Positions 10,666-21,122 of a stretch of 51,787 bases of DNA are shown here, in pieces (the stretch's first letter is position 1; each line of letters starts with the position of its first letter). The stretch lies in the NCBI GenBank assembly GCA_008369845.1, contig MRSU01011477.1, positions 1-51,787 on the forward strand, given 5' to 3'. This DNA comes from Trichomonas gallinae. Taxonomy: Eukaryota. The notes below the pieces were generated by a model. It did no database searches. It was not told the origin of the DNA and saw only the letters and a program-made list of their open reading frames with translations. Made by a program: the position numbers and the translations under genes.

Positions 10666-13600
10666 ATGTCGAAGATTAAAAAAGACTCAAAATATTCAGA
10701 TTCGCACGTATTTGCAATAGGTGGGAAAGAGGGCTCACTTTCTTATTACATATACGCTGTGACAAAGGAAATAACTCAGCCTGAATCCTACAATTTCCGC
10801 AATGCAATCTACAATTTTAGAAAATTCGTAACGACAAGATACAAAATGTCTAAAGATACTAACGATGAAATCCATTTCTTCAACGAAGTCTTCTCAGCAT
10901 TGTCTTTCCAGCAGTTAGAACAAAATTCTTTATTATGCATTATCTTACTATCAGAGCTTATGTCAATAGACATTGGCGATAAAATTCTTCGAGCAAATAA
11001 AATTGGCGAAGATCTGTCGAATCTGCCAGCTGCAACGTCTTCATTATATTGGAAACGCTATCAAAAGATCCTACTTTGGCTGCATCGTACTCTCGGTCAG
11101 TCATTCCAACTCATTCTTACGCAGTTGTACGAAAAAATGCTGATTTGGTTTGATGATGATCGAGAAGTCGAAGTTATTGCAGGTTTACAGCTTCTAACAA
11201 TCTTCGCACAATGTTTCCCGACTCTTTGTTACTCTTCGCCAAAAAGTTTTGAAACATGCCTCGAAAAAATATTTTTAAGTATTGTAGCAAATTCTTTCAA
11301 CGTCAGATTATCAGCCTCATACACACTACGATACGTACTTAGAACTATGCCATTCAGTTTTGGCGAACAGCTCTGTCAATATTTTTTAGAACCATTTGAA
11401 GATCGAGAACAATCTGATTCTTACCCAGGAATTGCTGAATCATTGGTGATTATATTGGAAGAAAAGCCGGAATTTAAGGAATTTTTGAAGTTTAAAGAAG
11501 TTCCTATTAAATTATTGCAAAGTTTCGTGACAAACATTAGACTTTGTGGATACCATTCACTACCAGTCGTATATAAGACAACACCTGAACTGTTTACACC
11601 TGATATTTGGTTCAAAATTTTTGATACTTTTCAATTATTATTAGCAAATGACGTTCCAGATCTCAAAAAGTCTTTGTCTTGCTTCACGGAACTGGTATTT
11701 TTGAAGAAAGGAGAAGTATCTGATCAAGAAAAAGCACCTTTAAAGAATATACTCGAATTTTTACTAGATAGGCATGAATCAGAGCACAAAATATGTGCAC
11801 TAACATCCCTTTTGTCGATTTTCATCGAAAATGCGGAAGAAATAACAAGAGTAGTATTCGCATATCCGTTACGTGAATCTACGTCATTGGCTTTAGCGAA
11901 ACTCATCAAAATACACCCAAATCTTGCTGTTATTGTTTATAATTATATCATGAAGACAACTTTTCCAAATTTAATTTCAAAAGAAACAGTAGCATCAATA
12001 TTAACGATTAGTTTCCGCGCATTGATTAACATTGAGATCCCAACAACATATTTATCAGAGCAACTTGTTCTACAGTATTCATTACATCTTTCTCATAAAG
12101 ATATCGACGTGAGAAATGCGGCAGCTGACTTTGTATTAATGTATCATAATAATACACTATCGGCATCAGCTTTGCATCGTCTTTTGGCTGTTTTAATGAC
12201 AGAAACAAATCAAAATTTGAGAATTCGAATTATGTCGTCGATTAGAAAGAAACCTTGCGATGAAACCACAATATATATGCTCAAAACCCTCATGAGAGAC
12301 GCAACACCTGAGATATCTCTTAGTGCAATGCGATTTTTGTCGAAATATTGTCAAATTCCTGAAGTTTTCGCGATTTTGAACCAATTCTTGCTTGAAACAA
12401 TCTCAAACATAAAACATGCACCTCAAATCACTCGACAAAATGTTCAATATTTCTATGTTTTGGAACAAAATTGTATTAAAGACAAAATTTACAGCGTTTG
12501 CTGCGATAAATTGATCTCGCCATTCAGAGTTCCAATGCTAAACATCCTTTTGCACGGAAAACAGCTGCTTCCTCATGTCGCTTTGCTTTTAATTACATCT
12601 CTTCTTCCTTACACAGATAATAACTTCTCTATTAGCGAATTAGCATATCAGATCACGTCAAACCTATCAATACAAACAAAAGAATCAAGAATTTTAGCTG
12701 CATTAAATTTATTAAATATTGCAATTGATAAAACAACAATTATTCTTGAGCACAATGGTGAGCTCATGTCTAGTTTATTCGCATTAACAAGAAGAAACTT
12801 TCCAAAAGAGTTCAAAGAAACTTTAATTTGTGCAATTTCTAAATTAGCAGCTTTCAAGCCTTCTCTTTATAAAGATATCAAAGAAAAGCACAAGAATGCA
12901 ACATCCCCTAACATATTTATTGACCAATGCGACGCTCCTGACGCTACAGGTAAAATGTTATATGTTTCAGCTTCAGTAACATTGATGTCTCTTTTAGATA
13001 TCTTATCAAATAACACATTATCACAATTGCACCAGCTTGCCATTGATGCTTTAGTCAAAACACTTAAAAGCAACAGATTATTAGGTAATTTCGTCGAAGA
13101 AAAGTTGATTGGTAGATATATGGAGATGCTCAAGCAAGACTCACACAGTGTCTTGCTTTTAGGATCCATTCCAACACTAGAAAGCTCCGTAAGCCATAAA
13201 AATTTCGCTCCTCTTCTTCCTCTGATTATTGATTCGATTTGCCAGAAGTGGAACACGTCAGATCACTCGATGCTTGAGCAGATATCTACATGGCTTGTCC
13301 ACTCAATGCCTGACGTCATGAAACCTTATCTACCTAGACTTGTTACAGTGATGCTGAGCGATTTATCGACGATAGAATCTATTTTGTCAACTTTGGTTAA
13401 TTTTAAGTCAGCCATTTCATCAGTTGTACACATAATTTATCCAGTAATATTAGACTGGATCAGCAACAACTCAGGCATGATTAAAACATGCGAGAAGGTT
13501 TTAGAGAAATTCAAAGTTATAATTAAAAACGGCGGATCACAAAAATACGCTGTAAACATTATCAACGCTTTAATGAAAGCCGTGCAAACAGATTTCGCGC

Positions 13601-16600
13601 TCAAGAAAGCCTGTATTGACGTTATATTCGTCGTCGCGGTACAAATGGGTCCATACTTTTTGTTGCACATCCCATCATTGAATCCGACATTTATTATCTC
13701 CGATTATCCTAAATTCTCTGAATACGTTAAATACATTGAACAAGGGAAACCGATTCCACCTGATATATTAAGTGAAGTCACTCCAGAGCCTGTCATTCCT
13801 CTTCCTAAGGCAGCACCGCCGAGCATGAAGCACAACCCTGTCAAACTCGATGAACCATCAATAGAATATCAAACAGATGAATGGGAAGATTGGTTCGAAG
13901 AATTATGTCAGACTTTGCTAATAGAATCATCTTCAAGAGCAATATCGGCATGCTACATTTTGGCTTTAAGATACGTACCGCTTTTGAACACAATCTTTCC
14001 GATTGCTTTTACATTACTTTTAACGCAAGTAGGAGAACCAGTTTCAAAGATTGTCAAAACAGTTTTAGAAAGCAAAACAACTCCACAATATATAAGAGAG
14101 TACTTTTTAGCTGTAATAGAAAACCTCGAATTGCTTGATTATAAGATTCCTGTTGATGACAGAATCATTTTAGAGAATTGCATGCTAAATAAAAGATATC
14201 CACAGGCTATGAGAGCAGCTGAGAGAATATTCGAAAAAGATGACACGATAGGCTGCCAGTTATTGGAGCAATACATGATATTAGGACTGGCAGATTGTGC
14301 ACACGGTTTATCAAAAGTCTTAAAGCCTACACCCGCAGCTTTAGAGAGACTCGGGCACTACACTGAAGCATTGAACAGCTACGAGAACATTTTGGAGAAT
14401 GACCCGATGAATACGGAAGCGATTGTCGGAACTATTCATTGTCTATGGAATCTTGCGAATTTCGATGAAGTGATTTACACAGCGAAATTACACAATATGC
14501 CGTATTATCTAGGAAAAGGCTACGCTGCGAGATTCGAATTCTCCAAACTATTCGAAGTGACAAGAAGAATTGACGTGGAACTACTTCCTACGAAATTCTT
14601 GGCGATAGTCAAAGGATTGATTAACAATGATTACGACTACATCAAGAAGAACGTAGCAGAAATTCGATGGACAACAGGATCTGCCATTTTGCCGACAATT
14701 TCAAACGACTATAAAAGAAATTACGAGGAATACATGAAATTAACTCTATTAAGCACAGTTGAAGACGTCGCAAACGCAATGAAGACAAATGATAAAACTC
14801 ATCTCAAGCTTGTTTCAGACTACAAATTCAATGTCGTTAGCTATAGTACGAACACTTTATTGTCAATGATTTTGATTTTGTCGATGATATATGATAGAGA
14901 TGATTTAAAGAAGTACATCGTTAAATACATCAAAATTGCCATTGCAGAGAAGAAGTTCACCGCCGCTGAATTTGCTTTTACGCATTTCGATAAATATAGG
15001 ACAGACAGCGACTTCAACATGCTCAGATGTGAACTGCTTTACGCTCAAGGCCAACGTGAGTTAGCAATTAACCAACTCATTCCGCTGGCGAAATCAGTAG
15101 ATGCAATTAAAAGAGTCGCGAACTATTTGGTCGAATGCGATAAGCAGATGCAGGCGAGAAACATTCTGATGGACACAGTCAAAACTGTCTCGAATGACAT
15201 GGAATTATGGCAGCAGTTGACACGTGTCAATTTCTTCCTGTATGAATATACACTCGATGAAGAATTTCTCACTGACTCGTTCAAAGCTGCCCTCAACGGT
15301 TTAGCTTTGGGCAACGAAAGTCTGAGTTTGTCAATCAGAGTTATCCAGATTCTATTCCAGCATAGAAGCCATGAAATTCTAAAATTGTTCGAAGACAATG
15401 TTCAAAGCATTCCAACTCATGTATGGATTGTCGTCCTTCCACAAATTATCGCAAGAATATCATCGAAAGAAAGCGATTTGGCAGGAACGCTGCAGAACCT
15501 GATCATGCATGTAGGAAGCGAGCACCCACAGCCTGTTCTTTATTCGCTGCTTGTTCCTTTGGAAGGTGACAGCAAGCACAGAAAGAAGGCTGCACTTCAG
15601 CTCACTTCATTTTTGGAGAGAAGCTATCCACAAGCTGTTCAGTCTATTTCCATTTTATCTGAAGAACTGATGAGAGTTGCTTGCACAAGATATGAGTTAT
15701 GCTACAATAGCATAAGAGATGCTTTGTTTGACTCGAACGATCAACCGTTTGAACACGTGAAACAATTAATCATGACGAACAAGATCACACCAGAAACATT
15801 CATTGATGTTGCATTCTCGCGCGAATTTGGCGCACTCATTAACACACTCGAAGACTGGGTAAATGAGTATGAGAAAACACTGGAGCCAAACGCGCTGAAC
15901 ATGGCGATTGGAACAATGGCTAACATCTGGATAAAGATCAAACCAGTTCCAGCGACAATGATGTCGTTAAACCTCAAAGATGTCTCGAAAGTTTTGTCAG
16001 AGTTCGATGGATTTAAGTCACTTATGGTACCAGGAACATTCAAGAATGGCGAACCTCTCATCACGATGTCATCTTTCACTCCTGTTTTAGATATAATAGA
16101 CTCACTCCACAGGCCTCGAAAAATTTTGATATACGGAAGCAACGGCGAAACATACACTTTCCTGCTCAAAGCGCACGAAGACACGAGATTGGATGAGAGA
16201 GTCATGCAGCTGTTCGACTTCATTAACAGCTTTGCAAGCCACAAGCGAATGCATTTGACGACTTATAAAGTCACTCCTTTGACAGGAAATGTCGGTTTAA
16301 TCGGCTGGGTGTCAAATTGCACGACATTAGCAAATATCATCTTGAAGCACAGAAACAAAACATTCCAGTCAACTCACGCTGAAATGGAGGCTTCCCTCGC
16401 AGCAGCGAATGTGCAAAACGAGAAAGAGTACTACGACATTCCACCGGAAGAGCGTCAGAAGCATTTCAAGGCAGGTTTATGCGCAACGCCAGGCAACGAC
16501 ATTCAGAGCGCTTTACTACTACAAGCGGCAAACTCCAGCGACTGGGTCAACAGAAGAACCCAGTACGCGTCCTCTCTCGCTGTGACGTCGATGGTTGGAT

Positions 16601-17127
16601 ATTTGATCGGCATCGGTGACAGACACTTGAATAATATCATGCTCGATTCAAATAGTGGTAAATTGATTCACATCGATTACAGCGACTGTTTCGAAGTCAG
16701 AATGCATGATGATGTCTTCCCGGAGACTGTTCCTTTCAGGTTGACGAGACTGCTGGTCAATGCTCTTGAACTGAAGAGAATAGAAGGAACATTCAGAGCA
16801 ACATGCGTCAATATAATGAGAGATTTACAAAGCCGTGGCGATCAAATTTTGGCGCTTTTGGAAGTTTTCATTTATGACCCACTGCTTCAGTGGATTCCTG
16901 TTGTTGGCAGCAGCCACAGCTCAATGGGAAGTGGAACTCCTGTGGGTCATGGAGAAAGAATACCGTCAATTCAGACATTGCAGAGAATCAAAGACAAACT
17001 GCACAGAACTGATAGCGTTGATAATGTTAAGAGAACGCTTGAGGAGCAAGTTGATAATCTCATATCGCAAGCATGTGATCCACTCAATTTGTGCAAGATG
17101 CACCACGGATGGAATCCATGGCTCTAA
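10666..17127 (+). CDS. TOR: TOR-like PIKK family atypical kinase (HEAT-FAT-FRB-kinase-FATC)
   Basis: WIVVLPQIIARI, HPQPVLYSLLV, RPRKILIYGSNG, FLLKAHEDTRLDERVMQLF, GIGDRHLNNIML, PETVPFRLTR, LEVFIYDPL and a FATC-like end (NLCKMHHGWNPWL). Start moved from TTG 10657 to first ATG. Confidence 0.93.
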   Translation: MSKIKKDSKYSDSHVFAIGGKEGSLSYYIYAVTKEITQPESYNFRNAIYNFRKFVTTRYKMSKDTNDEIHFFNEVFSALSFQQLEQNSLLCIILLSELMSIDIGDKILRANKIGEDLSNLPAATSSLYWKRYQKILLWLHRTLGQSFQLILTQLYEKMLIWFDDDREVEVIAGLQLLTIFAQCFPTLCYSSPKSFETCLEKIFLSIVANSFNVRLSASYTLRYVLRTMPFSFGEQLCQYFLEPFEDREQSDSYPGIAESLVIILEEKPEFKEFLKFKEVPIKLLQSFVTNIRLCGYHSLPVVYKTTPELFTPDIWFKIFDTFQLLLANDVPDLKKSLSCFTELVFLKKGEVSDQEKAPLKNILEFLLDRHESEHKICALTSLLSIFIENAEEITRVVFAYPLRESTSLALAKLIKIHPNLAVIVYNYIMKTTFPNLISKETVASILTISFRALINIEIPTTYLSEQLVLQYSLHLSHKDIDVRNAAADFVLMYHNNTLSASALHRLLAVLMTETNQNLRIRIMSSIRKKPCDETTIYMLKTLMRDATPEISLSAMRFLSKYCQIPEVFAILNQFLLETISNIKHAPQITRQNVQYFYVLEQNCIKDKIYSVCCDKLISPFRVPMLNILLHGKQLLPHVALLLITSLLPYTDNNFSISELAYQITSNLSIQTKESRILAALNLLNIAIDKTTIILEHNGELMSSLFALTRRNFPKEFKETLICAISKLAAFKPSLYKDIKEKHKNATSPNIFIDQCDAPDATGKMLYVSASVTLMSLLDILSNNTLSQLHQLAIDALVKTLKSNRLLGNFVEEKLIGRYMEMLKQDSHSVLLLGSIPTLESSVSHKNFAPLLPLIIDSICQKWNTSDHSMLEQISTWLVHSMPDVMKPYLPRLVTVMLSDLSTIESILSTLVNFKSAISSVVHIIYPVILDWISNNSGMIKTCEKVLEKFKVIIKNGGSQKYAVNIINALMKAVQTDFALKKACIDVIFVVAVQMGPYFLLHIPSLNPTFIISDYPKFSEYVKYIEQGKPIPPDILSEVTPEPVIPLPKAAPPSMKHNPVKLDEPSIEYQTDEWEDWFEELCQTLLIESSSRAISACYILALRYVPLLNTIFPIAFTLLLTQVGEPVSKIVKTVLESKTTPQYIREYFLAVIENLELLDYKIPVDDRIILENCMLNKRYPQAMRAAERIFEKDDTIGCQLLEQYMILGLADCAHGLSKVLKPTPAALERLGHYTEALNSYENILENDPMNTEAIVGTIHCLWNLANFDEVIYTAKLHNMPYYLGKGYAARFEFSKLFEVTRRIDVELLPTKFLAIVKGLINNDYDYIKKNVAEIRWTTGSAILPTISNDYKRNYEEYMKLTLLSTVEDVANAMKTNDKTHLKLVSDYKFNVVSYSTNTLLSMILILSMIYDRDDLKKYIVKYIKIAIAEKKFTAAEFAFTHFDKYRTDSDFNMLRCELLYAQGQRELAINQLIPLAKSVDAIKRVANYLVECDKQMQARNILMDTVKTVSNDMELWQQLTRVNFFLYEYTLDEEFLTDSFKAALNGLALGNESLSLSIRVIQILFQHRSHEILKLFEDNVQSIPTHVWIVVLPQIIARISSKESDLAGTLQNLIMHVGSEHPQPVLYSLLVPLEGDSKHRKKAALQLTSFLERSYPQAVQSISILSEELMRVACTRYELCYNSIRDALFDSNDQPFEHVKQLIMTNKITPETFIDVAFSREFGALINTLEDWVNEYEKTLEPNALNMAIGTMANIWIKIKPVPATMMSLNLKDVSKVLSEFDGFKSLMVPGTFKNGEPLITMSSFTPVLDIIDSLHRPRKILIYGSNGETYTFLLKAHEDTRLDERVMQLFDFINSFASHKRMHLTTYKVTPLTGNVGLIGWVSNCTTLANIILKHRNKTFQSTHAEMEASLAAANVQNEKEYYDIPPEERQKHFKAGLCATPGNDIQSALLLQAANSSDWVNRRTQYASSLAVTSMVGYLIGIGDRHLNNIMLDSNSGKLIHIDYSDCFEVRMHDDVFPETVPFRLTRLLVNALELKRIEGTFRATCVNIMRDLQSRGDQILALLEVFIYDPLLQWIPVVGSSHSSMGSGTPVGHGERIPSIQTLQRIKDKLHRTDSVDNVKRTLEEQVDNLISQACDPLNLCKMHHGWNPWL

Positions 17128-17302
17128 TGAAGTATTTTATATATGTTTTTAACCATGAATAATAAAATTTGTATGTTTTTTTGAAAATAATGCTATTAAT
17201 TCATGAGGCGAACAGCTGCATGAATCTCTCGTCTTGATTAATGTCTCATAATAGAATTTGATGGAAACAATAATCTAGGATTCACAAAAGATTGTTATTC
17301 TC

Positions 17303-17407
17303 ATGATTCAAAATATTGATGTTAAGGAAGTTTTAATTATGGCTTCACTTTTTGGTCATTATGAAATAGTCAAACTTCTTCTCACTGTTCCAAGTACGCA
17401 AGAATAA
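17303..17407 (+). pseudogene. Isolated ankyrin-repeat remnant
   Basis: Hand translation MIQNIDVKEVLIMASLFGHYEIVKLLLTVPSTQE*, a single ankyrin unit resembling those of 4094..5203, with no long ORF around it. Confidence 0.7.
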
Positions 17408-17540
17408 AATGAAACAATAGCCTATAAAATATATGATCGAAATCACTTGTTAACAAATAAATTAACTGAATAATGAAATTTATTGATGAAAAAATAAGGT
17501 TAATTGTATTAAGGTTATTTAGATTTAAGGTTATATACAT

Positions 17541-17900
17541 ATGTATTTTTACTATAATAAGCAGAAGAATAATTACAATGATACAAGAGAAGCAGCCCAA
17601 GAGGCTATAAGGAACTACAAAACTGACTTAGAAGAATATTACGCAAATAAAAATGCTGAAAGAGAAGAATATTTAATCAACAAAGCTGCCGAAGACTTAT
17701 TTAATAAAGAGAAACAGCAAATTGAAATCGAAAAGGCAGCCAAATATGAAAAAGACCAAGCATATAAGGAAGAATGCTATAGAAGAGAATACGCTTTGAT
17801 TCATGGAGTCCAAATCAAAGATGAAAGTTATTGTAATTCATTGATGAATGGTTCTCAACTCATTGTCAACAAATATGCAACAGTAATACCATTTGGTTGA
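17541..17900 (+). CDS. Hypothetical charged helical protein, 119 aa
   Basis: ATG ORF with E/K/A/Y-rich helical composition; three TAAGGTTA motifs immediately upstream. Confidence 0.55.
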   Translation: MYFYYNKQKNNYNDTREAAQEAIRNYKTDLEEYYANKNAEREEYLINKAAEDLFNKEKQQIEIEKAAKYEKDQAYKEECYRREYALIHGVQIKDESYCNSLMNGSQLIVNKYATVIPFG

Positions 17901-18102
17901 TTGATTTTTGCAATTTATTTTTGTTAATAAAACAATCTTCCAAAAATGCAAACGAACGACAGCAAATGCAGAATATTATTTACAATATAACCATCAATTG
18001 GTCATAAAACTACAAATAAAAATCTATCCAAAAAAATAAATTCGCAAACTAATGAAATTACTCGGCCAAAATGAAAAATTGGCGCAAATATTATGTATAT
18101 TT

Positions 18103-19452
18103 TCATTCTTCATTATAAATATCTTTGAGTAAAATTTTTGCTAAATCAACAACTGATTCATTTTCTCCTGAGATAAGTTCGTTGAGTATATCATATGTTT
18201 CACATGATTCGAACACTTCAAGGATTTCTTCTTGACCAAAAAATCTTTTTTGAGAAATATACAATCTATGAAGCGCGGATAGAATATCAGCTACGTGTGA
18301 ATCGTCAACAATCTCTAGGAAAGGAACTAAAGCATCAACAGTTGTTCCAAATAATAATTCTTTCAATTGTGCTCCAGATGCTTTTAATATCACTTCTGCT
18401 AATAATCCCGCTGCTATCTGTCCATCTGCTGTTGATTTACCATGAATTACACTAACTAATTGATGAATGCAAGTAAATTCATTATCTACTTTAACTTCTA
18501 CAAATTCTCTTATATAATACGGGAACACTTCCATGTATGTTTGAATAAACAACAACAATTCTCTCTGATTCTCTTCAAGATTTATCATATCAAAATAAAT
18601 TTTGTTTGTTGGCACTAAAGGACCTTCAGAGAGGATTTCTGATGGGATAAAGCATATCATGATCCTAAGCATTCTATAGCCAAGCCCACGAAGCCTCGTT
18701 AAGCTGGAATTAATTAAAACTTCATTAATCATTATCCACCAACGTTCTTCTATGCACATTGACCGAAATGGTTGTATATCTTCACTCAGTCCGACCTCCA
18801 TGGCTGAAAACACGAATTCCATCGTTGTAGGATTGTTTGATTGTGAATAAGAAATCAAATTTAAAATAAGATTGTGAAAATCAAAACTAGGTATTTGTTT
18901 GATTAAGTCTAGCTCTTTCCATATATATAATGCACAGCATGAGCCTAAACGAACATCCTGAGATGGAATATTGAAAAAATCAAGAAACTTAATGCAATAT
19001 TGTTCATGGTCATTAATATTATTAACTAAAAGTATCATAACTAATTTAATTGTCCTAATATACCCTGAATTAAACAAGTTTAAATAAGTTGGAGTTAAAT
19101 CTTCTTGATAAAGTATGTGTGATCTCTCATGGTTGTATTGCGTATAGTATATAAGTAATCGTAATGAACTTTGAACTACTATTTCGCTCTTTGATTGCAA
19201 TAAATTTAAAAATATTCTTAAAAAATCGTCATTTAGAAATGAAAATAGTAATTTTGGATTTAACTTGTATATTTTTTTGATAAATTCTGCTAATTCAAGT
19301 AGATTTGTTTCTAATTTAGATATGTTAATATTTCCAGAACAAAGATAATCAACATGTGACTGTATGAACATCAACTCCTCTGGAGAAATGGTCTCCCTGA
19401 CACCTGATATGCGATTGCTATCAAAGCCAGTCTCGCTTTTTATTGAATTCAT
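18103..19452 (-). CDS. ARM/HEAT-like helical repeat protein
   Basis: Helical-repeat pattern ending ELISGENESVVDLAKILL, similar to importin-alpha-like ARM termini. Start set at MNSIKSE (19452) because the longer ORF overlaps the divergent TAF5 gene. Confidence 0.7.
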   Translation of the reverse strand: MNSIKSETGFDSNRISGVRETISPEELMFIQSHVDYLCSGNINISKLETNLLELAEFIKKIYKLNPKLLFSFLNDDFLRIFLNLLQSKSEIVVQSSLRLLIYYTQYNHERSHILYQEDLTPTYLNLFNSGYIRTIKLVMILLVNNINDHEQYCIKFLDFFNIPSQDVRLGSCCALYIWKELDLIKQIPSFDFHNLILNLISYSQSNNPTTMEFVFSAMEVGLSEDIQPFRSMCIEERWWIMINEVLINSSLTRLRGLGYRMLRIMICFIPSEILSEGPLVPTNKIYFDMINLEENQRELLLFIQTYMEVFPYYIREFVEVKVDNEFTCIHQLVSVIHGKSTADGQIAAGLLAEVILKASGAQLKELLFGTTVDALVPFLEIVDDSHVADILSALHRLYISQKRFFGQEEILEVFESCETYDILNELISGENESVVDLAKILLKDIYNEE

Positions 19453-19466
19453 TTTTTTGATACTTT

Positions 19467-19498
19467 TGACACGTAAAGAATAATTCTTGACGTGTAAA
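19467..19498. promoter_or_regulatory. Paired TGACRYGTAAA motifs in an 88-bp divergent promoter
   Basis: TGACACGTAAA 19467-19477 and TGACGTGTAAA 19488-19498 between head-to-head ATGs at 19452 and 19541. Confidence 0.6.
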
Positions 19499-19540
19499 GT
19501 CTGATTTTTGACAGTGTCATAAAATTTTGGTAAATTTTTT

Positions 19541-21094
19541 ATGAGTGATGATGATGATTTTAATTTGCAGCCTCTTATAAGTGAATTCAAAGACTTAAAG
19601 AAACGCAGATATAGAAACGATCGAGTATTTAATCCGAATGCGAAATATTTACTATCAGAAGCTGAACGAGCTTTCGAGATATTAGAAGATATTCAATCAC
19701 CAATTCATTACATAGCTGCTTTCGAAACTTTCGTTTCAAGCATAACAGAATGTTCGAATTTTATACAAAATGATCTCCAAAAATTTCTTTTTCCTTTATT
19801 CTTACATTTAGCATCAAGAATCTTATCAAAAGGATCGGAATTTTATTTTACTAGCTTCTTAAATAAGCATATTATTATATTCACACAAGAGCAACGTGAT
19901 ATTATATCGATGCTTCAAAATGATTCATATAATTTTCAAATTCCAATATTCGAAATAGATATATCAGAACTAGCAAATGCGCAGCTACAAAATATTTTAG
20001 AAAATGATAAATTAATTTATTTATCTTTATTAATTACTCAATTTATTAAATACAACATCAGAAATGAAAGTGTTAAACAGAATGATGAAATCCTATCAGA
20101 ATCAGCAAGATTAGCTAAAGAAGAATCATTAATTAAGAAAAATTTCGAAATTTTTAATCCAGGAATGTTATATGTATCAAATAACAAGGCATCAATGGAT
20201 TTTATAGCAGATGATCATCATTTCGTGCACGACATCCATCATTTAACAGTTTTTAATCATCATGATAAATTATCATGCGTGAAAATCTCTCCATGCGGTA
20301 GATTATTGGGCTACGCTGAGTCCACATCAGTCAGACTGTTTATACTCGATGAACCTAAGAAAACTCACTTCCCAAATGGAACAGCGACGACAATATTAAA
20401 CAAGCATTCGAAAAAAATCACAAATTTCGAATTTTCTCGCAACTCAGCCATGGTTGTTTCAGGTGGGATGGACAATGAGATAAGGATTGCGCACACAGAG
20501 GCATCGCAGCAATTGGCTCACTTCAAGTATCATTCTTTGCCGATTTCTTGCGTGAATTTTTTAGCAGATACTTTTTACGCTTTGGGCGGAAGTTTCGATG
20601 GACTAGTTACGCTGTGGACTATGCAGAATGTTCTTCCAGTTAGAGAATTCATAGGGCACAACGGTGCTATTATGGGAATTTCAGCTCATCAAAATGATAA
20701 AATTACAACTATCGGTTATGATAAAACTGTTAGAACTTTTGATGTTGGAAGTGGAAATGAAATATATAGGATCATTTTAAATGAGAATCCATTATGTCTT
20801 GACACAGATTTAAATTCAGAATTAATTGCTGTTGGAATGAATAGCAGTGTATGTGTTTATTCATCGACTGGTGAGCTTAAAACTAAAATACCAGTTGAAA
20901 ATCGTGTAACTGACGTCAAATTTACACGAAATTGTTCAGAATTCGTTTTCTCATGTATAGATGGAAAAGTAAGTATATGGGATGTCAATGGAAACCAAAT
21001 CGTCTCCGTTAAACCTGATTCCGCGACATCAGATTCAATTCAAATATTAGACAATGATTCACTCGCAATATGCGGGAAATCATATAAATGTTGA
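19541..21094 (+). CDS. TAF5: TFIID subunit TAF5-like (NTD2 + WD40), 517 aa
   Basis: N-terminal FETFVSSITECSNFIQNDLQKFLFPLFLHL matches the TAF5 NTD2 pattern; C-terminal WD40 repeats (GGSFDGLVTLW, FIGHNGAI, DGKVSIWD). Confidence 0.8.
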   Translation: MSDDDDFNLQPLISEFKDLKKRRYRNDRVFNPNAKYLLSEAERAFEILEDIQSPIHYIAAFETFVSSITECSNFIQNDLQKFLFPLFLHLASRILSKGSEFYFTSFLNKHIIIFTQEQRDIISMLQNDSYNFQIPIFEIDISELANAQLQNILENDKLIYLSLLITQFIKYNIRNESVKQNDEILSESARLAKEESLIKKNFEIFNPGMLYVSNNKASMDFIADDHHFVHDIHHLTVFNHHDKLSCVKISPCGRLLGYAESTSVRLFILDEPKKTHFPNGTATTILNKHSKKITNFEFSRNSAMVVSGGMDNEIRIAHTEASQQLAHFKYHSLPISCVNFLADTFYALGGSFDGLVTLWTMQNVLPVREFIGHNGAIMGISAHQNDKITTIGYDKTVRTFDVGSGNEIYRIILNENPLCLDTDLNSELIAVGMNSSVCVYSSTGELKTKIPVENRVTDVKFTRNCSEFVFSCIDGKVSIWDVNGNQIVSVKPDSATSDSIQILDNDSLAICGKSYKC

Positions 21095-21122
21095 TATTAT
21101 TGTTTGTTTAAATTTATTGATT

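Noticed and set aside
15217..15230. Perfect palindrome TTGACACGTGTCAA inside the TOR coding sequence
   Set aside because: Single occurrence in coding DNA with different spacing from the promoter motif; likely chance.
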